Of a DNA stretch of 64,000 nucleotides, positions 36,342-47,133 are shown in pieces. Source of the DNA: an uncultured delta proteobacterium. GTDB lineage: Bacteria > Desulfobacterota > Binatia > UBA9968. Below the pieces are notes generated by a model. It saw only the letters and a program-made list of their open reading frames with translations. It was not told the DNA's origin and searched no databases. The DNA lies in contig CAWDPO010000020.1 of NCBI GenBank assembly GCA_963804165.1, positions 1-64,000 on the forward strand, given 5' to 3'. A program made the translations under genes and the position numbers. How positions within the stretch are numbered: the first letter of the stretch is position 1; each line of letters starts with the position of its first letter.

Positions 36342-36890
36342 ATGCGACAGAAGTCGCCAAGAGCATCGCGCGTAGCGAGGTTTGGCGTCTGCTCGAAAGA
36401 AGAATAAGGACCTTGCGTGAATCTACAGCTAATCGATTTGGCCCAAGTGCTGGAAGAAGAGCTTTCCGTCGGCAACGAGCTTCGTTGTAACCTGGACGCG
36501 CAAAAACAAGCGATTCTGGTGGGACATCGCGGTGCTGCTCGAGCGAACCAAGTCGCGCCCGAAGGCACTTTGGAGTTCAACCCCGACGGTACGCTTAACG
36601 GCGTCGACCCATTACAGACATTAGTTTGAGTGGGCTCGCGGTTGGCGCGGCCGCCATTGCATTTGCCGGTTCCAACACCGCAGTGTTGGCGCAAACACAA
36701 ACGAACACCACAACGGCTTGCAAGCTCAAATCGCGCGCCTGGACGCGGCCCTCGATCGGATCGCGACTTTTCGCGCCGAAGTCGGCGCCCGTTTGAATAG
36801 CGTCCAGGTTGCCGGCGACGCCGTCGGAATCTTAAAAGACCGCACCTTGGGACAGAGATCGCAAATCGAGGATGCCGACGTACTGGCGGC
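36341..36890 (+). pseudogene. Collapsed flagellar gene relic (flgM-, flgN-, flgE- and flgL-like fragments)
   Basis: ATEVAKSIARSE; LAQVLEEEL...QKQAIL..DIAVLL; GTLEFNPDGTL; LDAALDRIATFRAEVGARLNSV...RSQIEDADV. Confidence 0.6.
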
Positions 36891-37261
36891 TTTGGGTTTT
36901 CCGGATGATCGCCGTTATCGGGGTTGAGCCGATTCAATACCGGCGCCATCAGTTAATCGCCCTTCCTTATTTTGGAATCCATGGATCATGAATTGTCGTT
37001 TCCAGTGATCCATATCCCGATTTAGTCGCCCTGGATTATCGCCGTGCCGGTGTGCCCGGAGATCCTTGCCAGTCTTGAGGCTATGACGGCGTCCAATCTC
37101 GTGCCATTTTTTAATTGTCACCGTGCGCCAGCGGGTCGAGGATATCAGTGTGAATCTCCAAAAGGACCTCTAATCGTGAATTCGGCTGCGTTGATCGGCA
37201 TACAATTTGTAATTGAGGAATACCCGGTGCGCTATACATTGATCCAGCCCGATTTGACAAA

Positions 37262-37729
37262 GTGATTCGTCGTCGCGAGCGCACGGCTGGGGAAAAGATT
37301 GCACTAGATTATGTTCAAAGCGCCAAATTTTCAAAACCCGAGCAAGCGGGAGAGTTCCCGAGATTTCACGCAGACCTCACGACCCAATACTCGGGCGGTT
37401 CACCGTACCCGGCGTCATTGGAGCCGGACATCCGGCTCATGGTGATGCTCCTGGAAGATGCGGTGCAGTGCTACCAACGATATTTCTCGGCGCAGACAGA
37501 CGCAGGAAAAAGAACATTCCGCGACGCCGAACGCTGGCTCTTCGGTCAGACCGAAGACTGGATTTATTCCTTTGAAAACATCTGCGCGTGTGTCGGTATT
37601 AATCCGCAGTACCTCCGCATCGGCTTAAGGCACTGGCAAAAGTCGGCGTCCAGCGAACGGTCAGCGGGCTCACGTCCCGGTCGGCGTGGTCGAACGCCGT
37701 CGGCCCTGCGGCGGGACCCGACGCTTTAA
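37262..37729 (+). CDS. Hypothetical protein (PxxRLMxxxLEDA...WxxSFENIC type)
   Basis: Protein-like motif EPDIRLMVMLLEDAVQCYQ...AERW...DWIYSFENICACVGINPQYLR; start uncertain. Confidence 0.65.
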   Translation: MIRRRERTAGEKIALDYVQSAKFSKPEQAGEFPRFHADLTTQYSGGSPYPASLEPDIRLMVMLLEDAVQCYQRYFSAQTDAGKRTFRDAERWLFGQTEDWIYSFENICACVGINPQYLRIGLRHWQKSASSERSAGSRPGRRGRTPSALRRDPTL

Positions 37730-38250
37730 ACGATCGGCGCGGCGCCAACTCCCCATTGGATCCGATCATTCGGATCAGTCTTCCCGGCCGAAATCCTTTT
37801 AAAAGGCATTAGCGGCGAACAAGTTTGAATCCGCGGAAACGATAACTGATGGGTTCCAACTGCCGAGCCGACCGATCGATGATGAGTCAAGGCGCGGCTC
37901 CCCCGTCACTCGCTTCTGAAGCGCGGTCAGCTCTGACGCCCAGGGCCATTGTCCTAAATCGGCTCGTTCGTGGTCGTGTTCATCGTTTTTCCGACGTTGT
38001 CGATCACGCGGTTCTCCGCATCACACCCCTTGTTTCCATTTTGCCTTTGTTTCGGCGTTTCGGCGATGCGCCGAGCCATTAACCGCGTTCTAATGTCCCG
38101 GTTGCCGGTTTGCTCTAGAATGACAAACTTGACTTTGCAAAGCAGGGCGGGCTACAAGACTCCCTGGTATTTGCGGCATGTGTCTCAATGAGGGAGCCGT
38201 GCTTTCTGACTGGCATCAACAAGTTGCCGATTTCTTGAAGGGCAACAGGA

Positions 38251-38622
38251 GTGAGCAAGATGAACGGACAGTCCGTAGAGCGGCTGATGGATGTTGTACT
38301 GCAGATGAGAATAAATCTGTCCCATATCACCGAGACGCTGCATCAACAAACTTGTGAGATTCGCCTGCAGCTCGATGGGGTGTTCGACGAACGGAAGCGA
38401 GCGCTCGAGAGCTGCCTCAGCGGCATCGATCAAAAACTCATCGAATGCTCGGCCTCCATCATTGAGTACCGGCGGCATTTCGCAGATCTTGCCGTTATGC
38501 GCGAGAAGCTCCTGCAGCTCGGCGCCGATCCTAACGGTCTGCCCGCCGCTTTACCGGGCGAAACTGCATCAGATGTGATTGCCTGGCGTCTGCACGAACT
38601 AAGAGACGAGGGCAGGATTTGA
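38251..38622 (+). CDS. Hypothetical coiled-coil protein
   Basis: AGGAG SD, amphipathic heptad pattern. Confidence 0.65.
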   Translation: MSKMNGQSVERLMDVVLQMRINLSHITETLHQQTCEIRLQLDGVFDERKRALESCLSGIDQKLIECSASIIEYRRHFADLAVMREKLLQLGADPNGLPAALPGETASDVIAWRLHELRDEGRI

Positions 38623-38728
38623 ATCATCTTACTTTGAAACATCTCCGGCCCATCTTCTTGGGCGCTGGGCTTGTCTGCATCACTGGACCGACAATTATCG
38701 TATAATTTGAATCACTGTGGGTCTCATT

Positions 38729-38900
38729 CCCCGCAGCTTGCTGCATGGAGAACTCTTCCAGACCTCTTCACGTCCGTCATTCCCGAATGCTTCTATTGGG
38801 AATCCAGGCGAGCCCGGAACTGGCCCCCCGATTGAAACATTCGGGGGTGGCGTCTTTGGGATAAAGGCTCGACCGTTCTGATACCCGCAGCTTGCTGCGG
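38729..38900. repeat. Composite REP/MITE-like palindromic element
   Basis: CCCGCAGCTTGCTGC at both ends; internal CGTCATTCCCGAATG...GGGAATCCAG and its inverted partner CATTCGGGGGTGGCG. Confidence 0.7.
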
Positions 38901-39101
38901 CGTAGTTCATTCCTCTTCTCCTAATTTTGCATACCTGACATTTCTGGCGGGCTATGCCCGTGTTGTGCTATAAGGGACAATATCGGGGGATTTATTTATT
39001 AAAACCGCACTCCCTTTTAAGACCGTCCGGGTCAATATCGTCGAACGAGCGCGCGTCGCAACTCAGCCAGTGTTTCCCCCGCCCTTATTTATTCTGCGAT
39101 C

Positions 39102-39767
39102 GTGAAACTCTCCGAAGGAAGTCCCAATGACTTTACCTGGGCCAGGGAACGAATGGTTCAGGAGCAGATTGTCGGGCGTGGCATCAGCGATGCCCGGGTG
39201 CTTGCCGCCTTGCGGAGGATTCCGCGGCATTTGTTCGTCGATCCAGGGATCGTCAATCGGGCGTACGATGACAGCGCTTTGCCCATCGGCGAGAAGCAAA
39301 CATTGTCGCAGCCCTACATGACGGCGCGTATGACTGAAGCACTTGCTCTGACCGGCGCCGAAAAAGTGCTTGAGGTCGGCACAGGCTCAGGCTACCAAAC
39401 CGCGCTGCTTGCCGAGCTTTGTTTCAATGTCTTTTCCGTCGAAAGAATTCGGGTCCTCTCGCGCAAAGCGCGAACCTTGTTGGATCAACTTAAATATCAA
39501 AATATCGCGCTACACGTTGGTGACGGCACGATCGGCTGGTCGGAGCACGGGCCCTATGATGCGATCATCATCAGTGCGGGATCGCCATCCATGCCCAAGC
39601 CGCTCCTTGAGCAGCTGGCTTTGTGGGGTCGCTTGGTGATTCCGGTCGGTGACGAACAGAACCAGACGCTTTTGCGCGTGATCCGCACGCGATCCGGGTT
39701 TGAGCAAGAGCAGCTCGGTGAGTGCAAATTTGTCAAGCTATTCGGTAAATATGGTTGGCGGGATTGA
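39102..39767 (+). CDS. pcm: Protein-L-isoaspartate O-methyltransferase
   Basis: PRHLFV, QTLSQPY, VLEVGTGSGYQ, GPYDAI. Confidence 0.95.
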   Translation: MKLSEGSPNDFTWARERMVQEQIVGRGISDARVLAALRRIPRHLFVDPGIVNRAYDDSALPIGEKQTLSQPYMTARMTEALALTGAEKVLEVGTGSGYQTALLAELCFNVFSVERIRVLSRKARTLLDQLKYQNIALHVGDGTIGWSEHGPYDAIIISAGSPSMPKPLLEQLALWGRLVIPVGDEQNQTLLRVIRTRSGFEQEQLGECKFVKLFGKYGWRD

Positions 39768-39863
39768 GGGGGCAGCGAACGCCTTGCTCCAGCGATTATC
39801 CGGCTAGGCGAATCCAGCGCAGGCTACTTTCCTCCTGCATGGGCCGGTGCCGCAGCTTGACCG

Positions 39864-40619
39864 ATGAAATTCCACTTCGGAGTGATTTTCGGACTCAGTC
39901 TCTCATTGCCGCTGCTGTCAAGTTGCGCTCCCCGAATGGCGACTCAGCGACCACATGTTCCACGGCAGTCTCAAGGGATTTATCACGTCGTGAAGCCGGG
40001 CGAAAACCTCTTTCGGATAAGCAAGGCATACGATGTGCCGCTCGAAGAGTTGGCGCGCATCAACGCCATCCGAGACCCAGGCCACATTCGCGTCGGACAA
40101 CGTATATTGATTCCTGGCGCGACTCGACCGCTGCCGGTTGAAACCATCACGCCCACCGAGGACGTGTCGGTGACACGAAGCACCGCGCCGACGCCGGATC
40201 AAACCTATGACGCGCTGCTGGCGCCCGTAAACGGTACAATCAATTCCGGTTTCGGTCCCAGGAATGGGAGCTTTCACGACGGTGTCGACATTGGGGCGCC
40301 GGAAGGTACGCCGATTGTTGCGGTGGCACAGGGCGAGGTGGTTTACAGCGATCAACTGCGCGGCTATGGAAACATGGTGATCGTTCGCCATGCCGGTGGG
40401 ATCGTGTCGGTTTATGCGCATAACCAGATCAACTTGGTGCGCGAAGGCCAGCAGGTCGCGCGCGGCGAAGTGATTGCCAAGGTCGGCAGCACAGGCCGGG
40501 TTAGCGGCCCGCACTTGCATTTCGAGCTCCGCAAGAACAACGCGGCGCAGGATCCAATGCTCTATTTGCCGCAGTTGTGCTGCCCGCCGGCATCCGATAA
40601 TCTGACGCCGAAAGATTAA
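39864..40619 (+). CDS. nlpD: LysM + M23 peptidase lipoprotein (NlpD-like)
   Basis: Lipobox LSSC, LysM HVVKPGENL, HDGVD, YAH, GPHLHFE; follows pcm. Confidence 0.88.
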   Translation: MKFHFGVIFGLSLSLPLLSSCAPRMATQRPHVPRQSQGIYHVVKPGENLFRISKAYDVPLEELARINAIRDPGHIRVGQRILIPGATRPLPVETITPTEDVSVTRSTAPTPDQTYDALLAPVNGTINSGFGPRNGSFHDGVDIGAPEGTPIVAVAQGEVVYSDQLRGYGNMVIVRHAGGIVSVYAHNQINLVREGQQVARGEVIAKVGSTGRVSGPHLHFELRKNNAAQDPMLYLPQLCCPPASDNLTPKD

Positions 40620-40851
40620 TCGCGCACGCGTGCATGAGCCAGTGACGCCAAAAGAACGGAACTGCTTGGTCGTCGGTTGCGTCCGGCCAATGAAGGATCT
40701 GTGGTGGGCAGTTAGCGCGGTGAAGACGAACGGAAACCAAAACCTGAAGCTGTCGTCGAATCCGCCTCGCAGCTGAGGCGGCTAGCGCCCGCTAGACTCG
40801 GAATTTCGAATCTCAAATTTCATAATATTGCAGGAGAGAAGGCGAACGAAG

Positions 40852-41388
40852 ATGAGTAATGATAATGCGATTATCCGCCAGGCGATTCGCGACATTCCAA
40901 ACTTTCCAAAGCCGGGAATCATCTTCAAAGACATCACGCCGCTATTAGCCAACGGGGCGCTGTTTGCCAAAACCATCGATCTTCTAGCCGGTCGCTATGA
41001 CGGCCAAAAGATCGACACTGTGCTCGGCATTGAATCGCGCGGCTTTATCATCGGAGCGGCGCTGGCCTATCGATTGGGCGCCGGCTTCAGCGTCGTGCGG
41101 AAGCCGGGAAAATTGCCTTACGAAACCCATAGCGAGAGCTACGAGCTGGAATACGGCACGGACAAGCTGGAAATCCATGTCGACGCGATTTCCCCTAACG
41201 CCCGGGTCATCATTGCCGACGACCTAATCGCCACCGGTGGCACCGCCGCGGCGACTGCCGCGTTGGTGACCAAGCTCGGCGCCACGGTGGTCGAGTGCGC
41301 ATTTGTGATCGAGCTTTCTTTCCTCAATGGCCGCCAGAAACTGAAACCCTATGCGGTCTATTCGATCGTGCAGTACGACGCGGAATAG
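40852..41388 (+). CDS. apt: Adenine phosphoribosyltransferase
   Basis: FPKPGIIFKDIT, ESRGF, RKPGKLP, DDLIATGGT. Confidence 0.96.
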   Translation: MSNDNAIIRQAIRDIPNFPKPGIIFKDITPLLANGALFAKTIDLLAGRYDGQKIDTVLGIESRGFIIGAALAYRLGAGFSVVRKPGKLPYETHSESYELEYGTDKLEIHVDAISPNARVIIADDLIATGGTAAATAALVTKLGATVVECAFVIELSFLNGRQKLKPYAVYSIVQYDAE

Positions 41389-41540
41389 CCTGTAATTACA
41401 GCGATGTTTTTGCGTTTCCTCTTCCTTGACATCCCCCGGCAATGTTCTATAAGTGAGAGTGAAAGTGGAAACTGACCCATCGTGATGAGGCTTTCCGCTT
41501 CAAACCATGCTGCGCGCCGCAGCTCACATTGAAATAACTC

Positions 41541-42110
41541 ATGAAACGCATCGAAGAAATGTCTCTTTGGGAACGGCTCTATTTCCCGGAGGTCATTCGC
41601 GGCCTGACGGTTACAGGCTATCGATTCTGGCGCAACTTGGGAATTCACATCTTGCAAATGTTCGGCTTGGCGCAAAACGCCTCGGCGGCCATTACCGTGC
41701 AATACCCCGAAGAGCGCTTGCCCTATCCGGATACGTTTCGCGGCCGACACAGACTTACGCTCAAGGATGACGGTTCGGTACAGTGCACGGCGTGCTTTCT
41801 TTGCGCGACGGCATGTCCAGCCGAATGCATCTACATCGAAGCCGGCGAGTATCCGGACAAGTCGGTGGAAAAATTTCCGATTCGCTACGATATCGACACG
41901 CTGCGTTGCATTTATTGCGGCTATTGTGTCGAAGCCTGCCCGTGCGACGCCATTCGCATGGACTCCGGAACGCATCCGGGCAACCTCGGTTTCGGTCGAA
42001 AAGAATTCGTCGAGACTAAAGAGGTTTTAATGAAACGCTCCGAGGATCTCGCGGAGAAGGGAAAAGAAGGCCTCTATGAAGAATACGTCAAACCGTACCG
42101 TCACGTCTAA
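41541..42110 (+). CDS. nuoI: NADH-quinone oxidoreductase subunit I (orphan copy)
   Basis: TVQYPEE, FRGRH, CTACFLCATACP, CIYCGYCVEACP. Confidence 0.88.
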   Translation: MKRIEEMSLWERLYFPEVIRGLTVTGYRFWRNLGIHILQMFGLAQNASAAITVQYPEERLPYPDTFRGRHRLTLKDDGSVQCTACFLCATACPAECIYIEAGEYPDKSVEKFPIRYDIDTLRCIYCGYCVEACPCDAIRMDSGTHPGNLGFGRKEFVETKEVLMKRSEDLAEKGKEGLYEEYVKPYRHV

Positions 42111-44096
<1,986 letters not shown>

Positions 44097-44213
44097 ACGT
44101 CTTTCTAGTTCGGAATTTCTACTCGACTGGCTGGCTCGATGCCGGCCAGTTTAATTTTTGCGTCCAGGATCACCCCCGCCGGCAGCATGATGCCGAGGCG
44201 CGGCGCGAATCTC

Positions 44214-44840
44214 ATGCGGATCTTAATCTACGGTTTCGGTCCCTATCGCCAGTTCCGCGAAAATATCACGGCAAAAATTATCGACGCGTTGCCGCGGCGC
44301 GCGGGGCTTAAGAAGCTTGTCTTCCCGGTCAGGTTTCAGCGCGCGCCATTCGTTCGAGCCTTGAAGCAGCATCATCCGGACATCGTCGTCGGTCTCGGAC
44401 AGAGTTCGCGGCGGGCAATTGAAATTGAAACTAGGGCAGTCAACCGTCGAAGCGTCAGGACACCGGAAAAACTAAGACCTATCTTTACCAGGGAAAACAA
44501 ACAACTGGCGACGACTCTAAACTTGAAAGGCCGTTGGGCGAAAATATCGAAGGACGCTGGTGATTACGTCTGTAACTATTCGATGTACGTGATGTTGCGT
44601 GAAATTGTCCGCGAAAACTTAAATGTCTCGTTCGGGTTTATTCACATACCGCACGATTACAACGAACGCACAGCGCAACGATTCATCGAAGGAGTACTGC
44701 GCCAGTGTTACCGATCAGGGGCGGTAAGAATAACCCACCGTGCGACCAAAGTTTCCTCGCGCGGCACGAAGGTGCTTTCCCCACCGGGCCGGTCAAGGTC
44801 GCGCACAGGCTTTGCTCAATCTAACGGGTTAGGCGCCTGA
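44214..44840 (+). CDS. Pyroglutamyl-peptidase I (C15) family protein
   Basis: [31 protein letters not shown] (Glu/Cys/His triad). Confidence 0.8.
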   Translation: MRILIYGFGPYRQFRENITAKIIDALPRRAGLKKLVFPVRFQRAPFVRALKQHHPDIVVGLGQSSRRAIEIETRAVNRRSVRTPEKLRPIFTRENKQLATTLNLKGRWAKISKDAGDYVCNYSMYVMLREIVRENLNVSFGFIHIPHDYNERTAQRFIEGVLRQCYRSGAVRITHRATKVSSRGTKVLSPPGRSRSRTGFAQSNGLGA

Positions 44841-45690
44841 GTGCCTCAAGATATTTTTCCTGGGTTTTCTTGACGATCTCCGGCGGTAGCGCAGGTGGCG
44901 GCGATTTCATATCCCACGGGAGGTTGAGCAAATAGTCGCGCACGAACTGCTTGTCGAAACTATCGGGAGTTTTTCCCGGCGTGTATCCGTCCGCCGGCCA
45001 AAAGCGCGACGAATCGGGAGTCAGCACCTCGTCGATCAGGAGGATGCTATCCCCTTCGATACCGAATTCGAGCTTGGTGTCGGCGATGATGATCCCTTTT
45101 TTTTCCGCCAGATCGCGCGCCCGGCAATAAATCGCGATGGTCGCGTCGCGCATCTTTTCGGCTCGTTGCCGGCCGATTTTACCGATCATATCGTCGAACG
45201 TAATGTTGACGTCGTGGGCGCCCACCGGTGCTTTGGTCGACGGAGTAAATATGGGTTCAGCGAGTCGCGATGCTTCCATCAGTCCATTTGACAGCGATAT
45301 GCCGCACACCGAGCCGGTCTGTTGGTAATCTTTCCAGCCCGAGCCGGCCAGATAACCGCGGACGATGCATTCCGCCGGCGCCGGCAGGCTTTTTTTGACG
45401 AGCATCGATCGGCCCTCCAACGCGGCTTTGTGTGGCTGGCAGACGGCCGGAAATTCTTCGACACGAGTCGTGATGAGGTGATGGGGCACGATACCTTTGA
45501 CGATGCCGAACCAGAATTCAGACATCGCCGTCAGAATTTTGCCTTTATCGGGGATCAGCGTGGGCAGGATCACGTCGAAGGCAGAGATGCGATCGCTGGC
45601 GACTAACAAGAGCTTGTCGTCTAAATCATAAATGTCACGGACTTTCCCGCGGTTGAATAACTTCAGCCCGGACAGGGTTTCGTCAGTCAT
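44821..45690 (-). CDS. purC: SAICAR synthetase
   Basis: [43 protein letters not shown]. Confidence 0.97.
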   Translation of the reverse strand: MTDETLSGLKLFNRGKVRDIYDLDDKLLLVASDRISAFDVILPTLIPDKGKILTAMSEFWFGIVKGIVPHHLITTRVEEFPAVCQPHKAALEGRSMLVKKSLPAPAECIVRGYLAGSGWKDYQQTGSVCGISLSNGLMEASRLAEPIFTPSTKAPVGAHDVNITFDDMIGKIGRQRAEKMRDATIAIYCRARDLAEKKGIIIADTKLEFGIEGDSILLIDEVLTPDSSRFWPADGYTPGKTPDSFDKQFVRDYLLNLPWDMKSPPPALPPEIVKKTQEKYLEALRRLTR

Positions 45691-45981
45691 GTGGTTGAAC
45701 CTTTCTGCTAAATTCGGCTGTCATGCTTAGCGGCGCGAAGGTCGCATCGAGACAACTTCTATCCACACCATATCGTTCCGATCGTGTCAATTTATGAATG
45801 TTGAAATCTCAAGATCCGATGGGCGACAATTTAGGAAAAAAGGGGCGACGTGAACTTGCCCCGTGGCGTCGATGCACAGGGCAAGTCCGTTGCAAAGTGA
45901 CGCGCAGAACGGACAGCGTCGCCGATGGCGGGCGCCTAGACGACGCGGTCTCGGTTTGTCAGTAGCAATGATCGAGGGAAC

Positions 45982-46086
45982 TTATTTTTTCTTTATCTTA
46001 CTCTTGAGCGATTCCACTCCGATCATCAGAGCAAGAAGACCAAACCCGGAGGCTAGGATCCAAACGAGGGGTTCCCACTTTCCCAT
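45982..46086 (-). CDS. Unannotated 34-aa single-pass membrane peptide MGKWEPLVWILASGFGLLALMIGVESLKSKIKKK
   Basis: Strong SD AAGGAGG just before the ATG; hydrophobic core with a basic tail; shorter than any ORF in the track. Confidence 0.7.
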   Translation of the reverse strand: MGKWEPLVWILASGFGLLALMIGVESLKSKIKKK

Positions 46087-46099
46087 TTTCTCCTCCTTG

Positions 46100-46149
46100 C
46101 GAAAACGGACAGGCCAGCTGATCTCGATGGATCAGCTGGCCTGTCCGTT
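46100..46149 (-). terminator. Perfect 20-bp hairpin immediately upstream of the peptide SD
   Basis: AACGGACAGGCCAGCTGATC (46104-46123), 6-nt loop, GATCAGCTGGCCTGTCCGTT (46130-46149); on the minus strand it ends in a short TTTT run. Confidence 0.65.
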
Positions 46150-46206
46150 AGTTAGTCCCTCCGCGATATGCGAAGGTACGACCTAATTTACCTGCCCGCT
46201 ATCTAA

Positions 46207-46247
46207 AATAAAAAAGCCGGCCTGAAACACGGTTTCTCAGGTCGGCC
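46207..46247 (-). terminator. Intrinsic terminator of the riboswitch-like leader
   Basis: Minus strand GCCGACCTGAGA-loop-TTTCAGGCCGGC then TTTTTTATTTT. Confidence 0.8.
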
Positions 46248-46249
46248 TA

Positions 46250-46293
46250 TTTCCCAACTGGTTGAGTTCGGTCCACGCCAACCCTTCGGAAAA
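46250..46293 (-). ncRNA. Riboswitch-like aptamer, resembling the DUF1646 (Na+-sensing) motif
   Basis: Minus strand TTTCCGA AG GGTTG...CAACC AG TTGGGAA (P1, AG/AG internal loop, P2); GGTTGGC can alternatively pair with the terminator arm GCCGACC; class assignment from memory only. Confidence 0.55.
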
Positions 46294-46309
46294 TCGTCAG
46301 ACGGTTGTT

Positions 46310-46338
46310 TTTATAAAAATTACCGGCGCAAATGTCAA
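46310..46338 (-). promoter_or_regulatory. Sigma70-type promoter
   Basis: TTGACA-N17-TATAAA on the minus strand; the -35 box overlaps the DUF2294 stop codon. Confidence 0.7.
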
Positions 46339-46712
46339 GACTCCTTTCGACGCGCCAATAGCTTCTCGAGATTGGTTTCCAACGTGAAAACAAACACCCG
46401 CTCTCCTGAAGCGGTGCTGATGTCGGTATGCAAGTCCAAGATCTTCACGCCGGAAATGTCGCCGACGACCTGATCGAGAAGCGGCCGCGCTTTTTCGATG
46501 AGGATCGCGCGCATCTTCTTAACCAGCTCACCGCCATCGGTGGTCTTTGTCAGTTGTTCCTCGGCCGGGGTCAAAACACCTTTGAGCCTGACGACGAGCA
46601 TGTCTTCGATGATGTGGGCGCGCGCTTCTTTTGGGCCGCGCCCCATGTAATCGATTTCAAATTGGACGAGGGCGCGGCTGATTTCCGCTTCGATTTCACC
46701 TTTGGTTTTCAT
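46335..46712 (-). CDS. DUF2294 / MpsC-family protein
   Basis: KGEIEAEIS...YMGRGP...LKGVLTPAEEQL...LHTDISTASGERVFVF. Confidence 0.88.
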   Translation of the reverse strand: MKTKGEIEAEISRALVQFEIDYMGRGPKEARAHIIEDMLVVRLKGVLTPAEEQLTKTTDGGELVKKMRAILIEKARPLLDQVVGDISGVKILDLHTDISTASGERVFVFTLETNLEKLLARRKES

Positions 46713-46773
46713 GCGCAAGCAGTGCGCTGCGAGAACGCGCCGGAGCTACGGCCGTCCGGCGCGAGATGATCAT

Positions 46774-47121
46774 TCAAAGAATTGCTTTGACTTCGGCTTC
46801 GTTGAAGCCCGTGAGCTTCTGCTTGCCCTTGATGATGACGGGGCGTTTGAGCAAATTGGCGTCCTTGAGCATAAGCTTGATTGCCTCGTCTTTGGAGGGC
46901 GGCTTTTGCTTCATGTTTCTTTCCCGATAAAGCGGCGTTCGGGTATTGAGAAAACGCTCGATCGGCTCTTCGCCGATCAGGTCGCGCAGCTCTTTTTCTG
47001 TGAAGGGACTTTTGCCGTATTCGCGCTCTGCGAAATCGATTTTTCTTGATTGCAAGAAACTTCTTGCTTTGCGGCAAGTCGTTCACGTCGCCTTATAGAT
47101 AAATTTGACCTTGTCTGCCAT
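46774..47121 (-). CDS. ArsC/Spx-family thioredoxin-fold protein with in-frame TGA (putative selenocysteine, UxxC)
   Basis: ATG 47121: MADKVKFIYKAT-TGA(47083-47085)-TTCRKARSFL...LLKRPVII...GFNE. Confidence 0.8.
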
Positions 47122-47133
47122 TGGGGCGCCCTT

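Noticed and set aside
37092-37106. Sigma54 site TGGCACGAGATTGGA on the minus strand
   Set aside because: It lacks the -12 GC and has no credible downstream gene.
32300-39100. Intact tRNA-Pro-integrated prophage or ICE
   Set aside because: No integrase, no phage genes, and no duplicated tRNA 3' end found by eye.
47083-47085. TGA in the ArsC-like gene as a nonsense mutation
   Set aside because: It falls exactly on the catalytic Cys position with intact frames on both sides, so Sec is the better explanation, though unproven.
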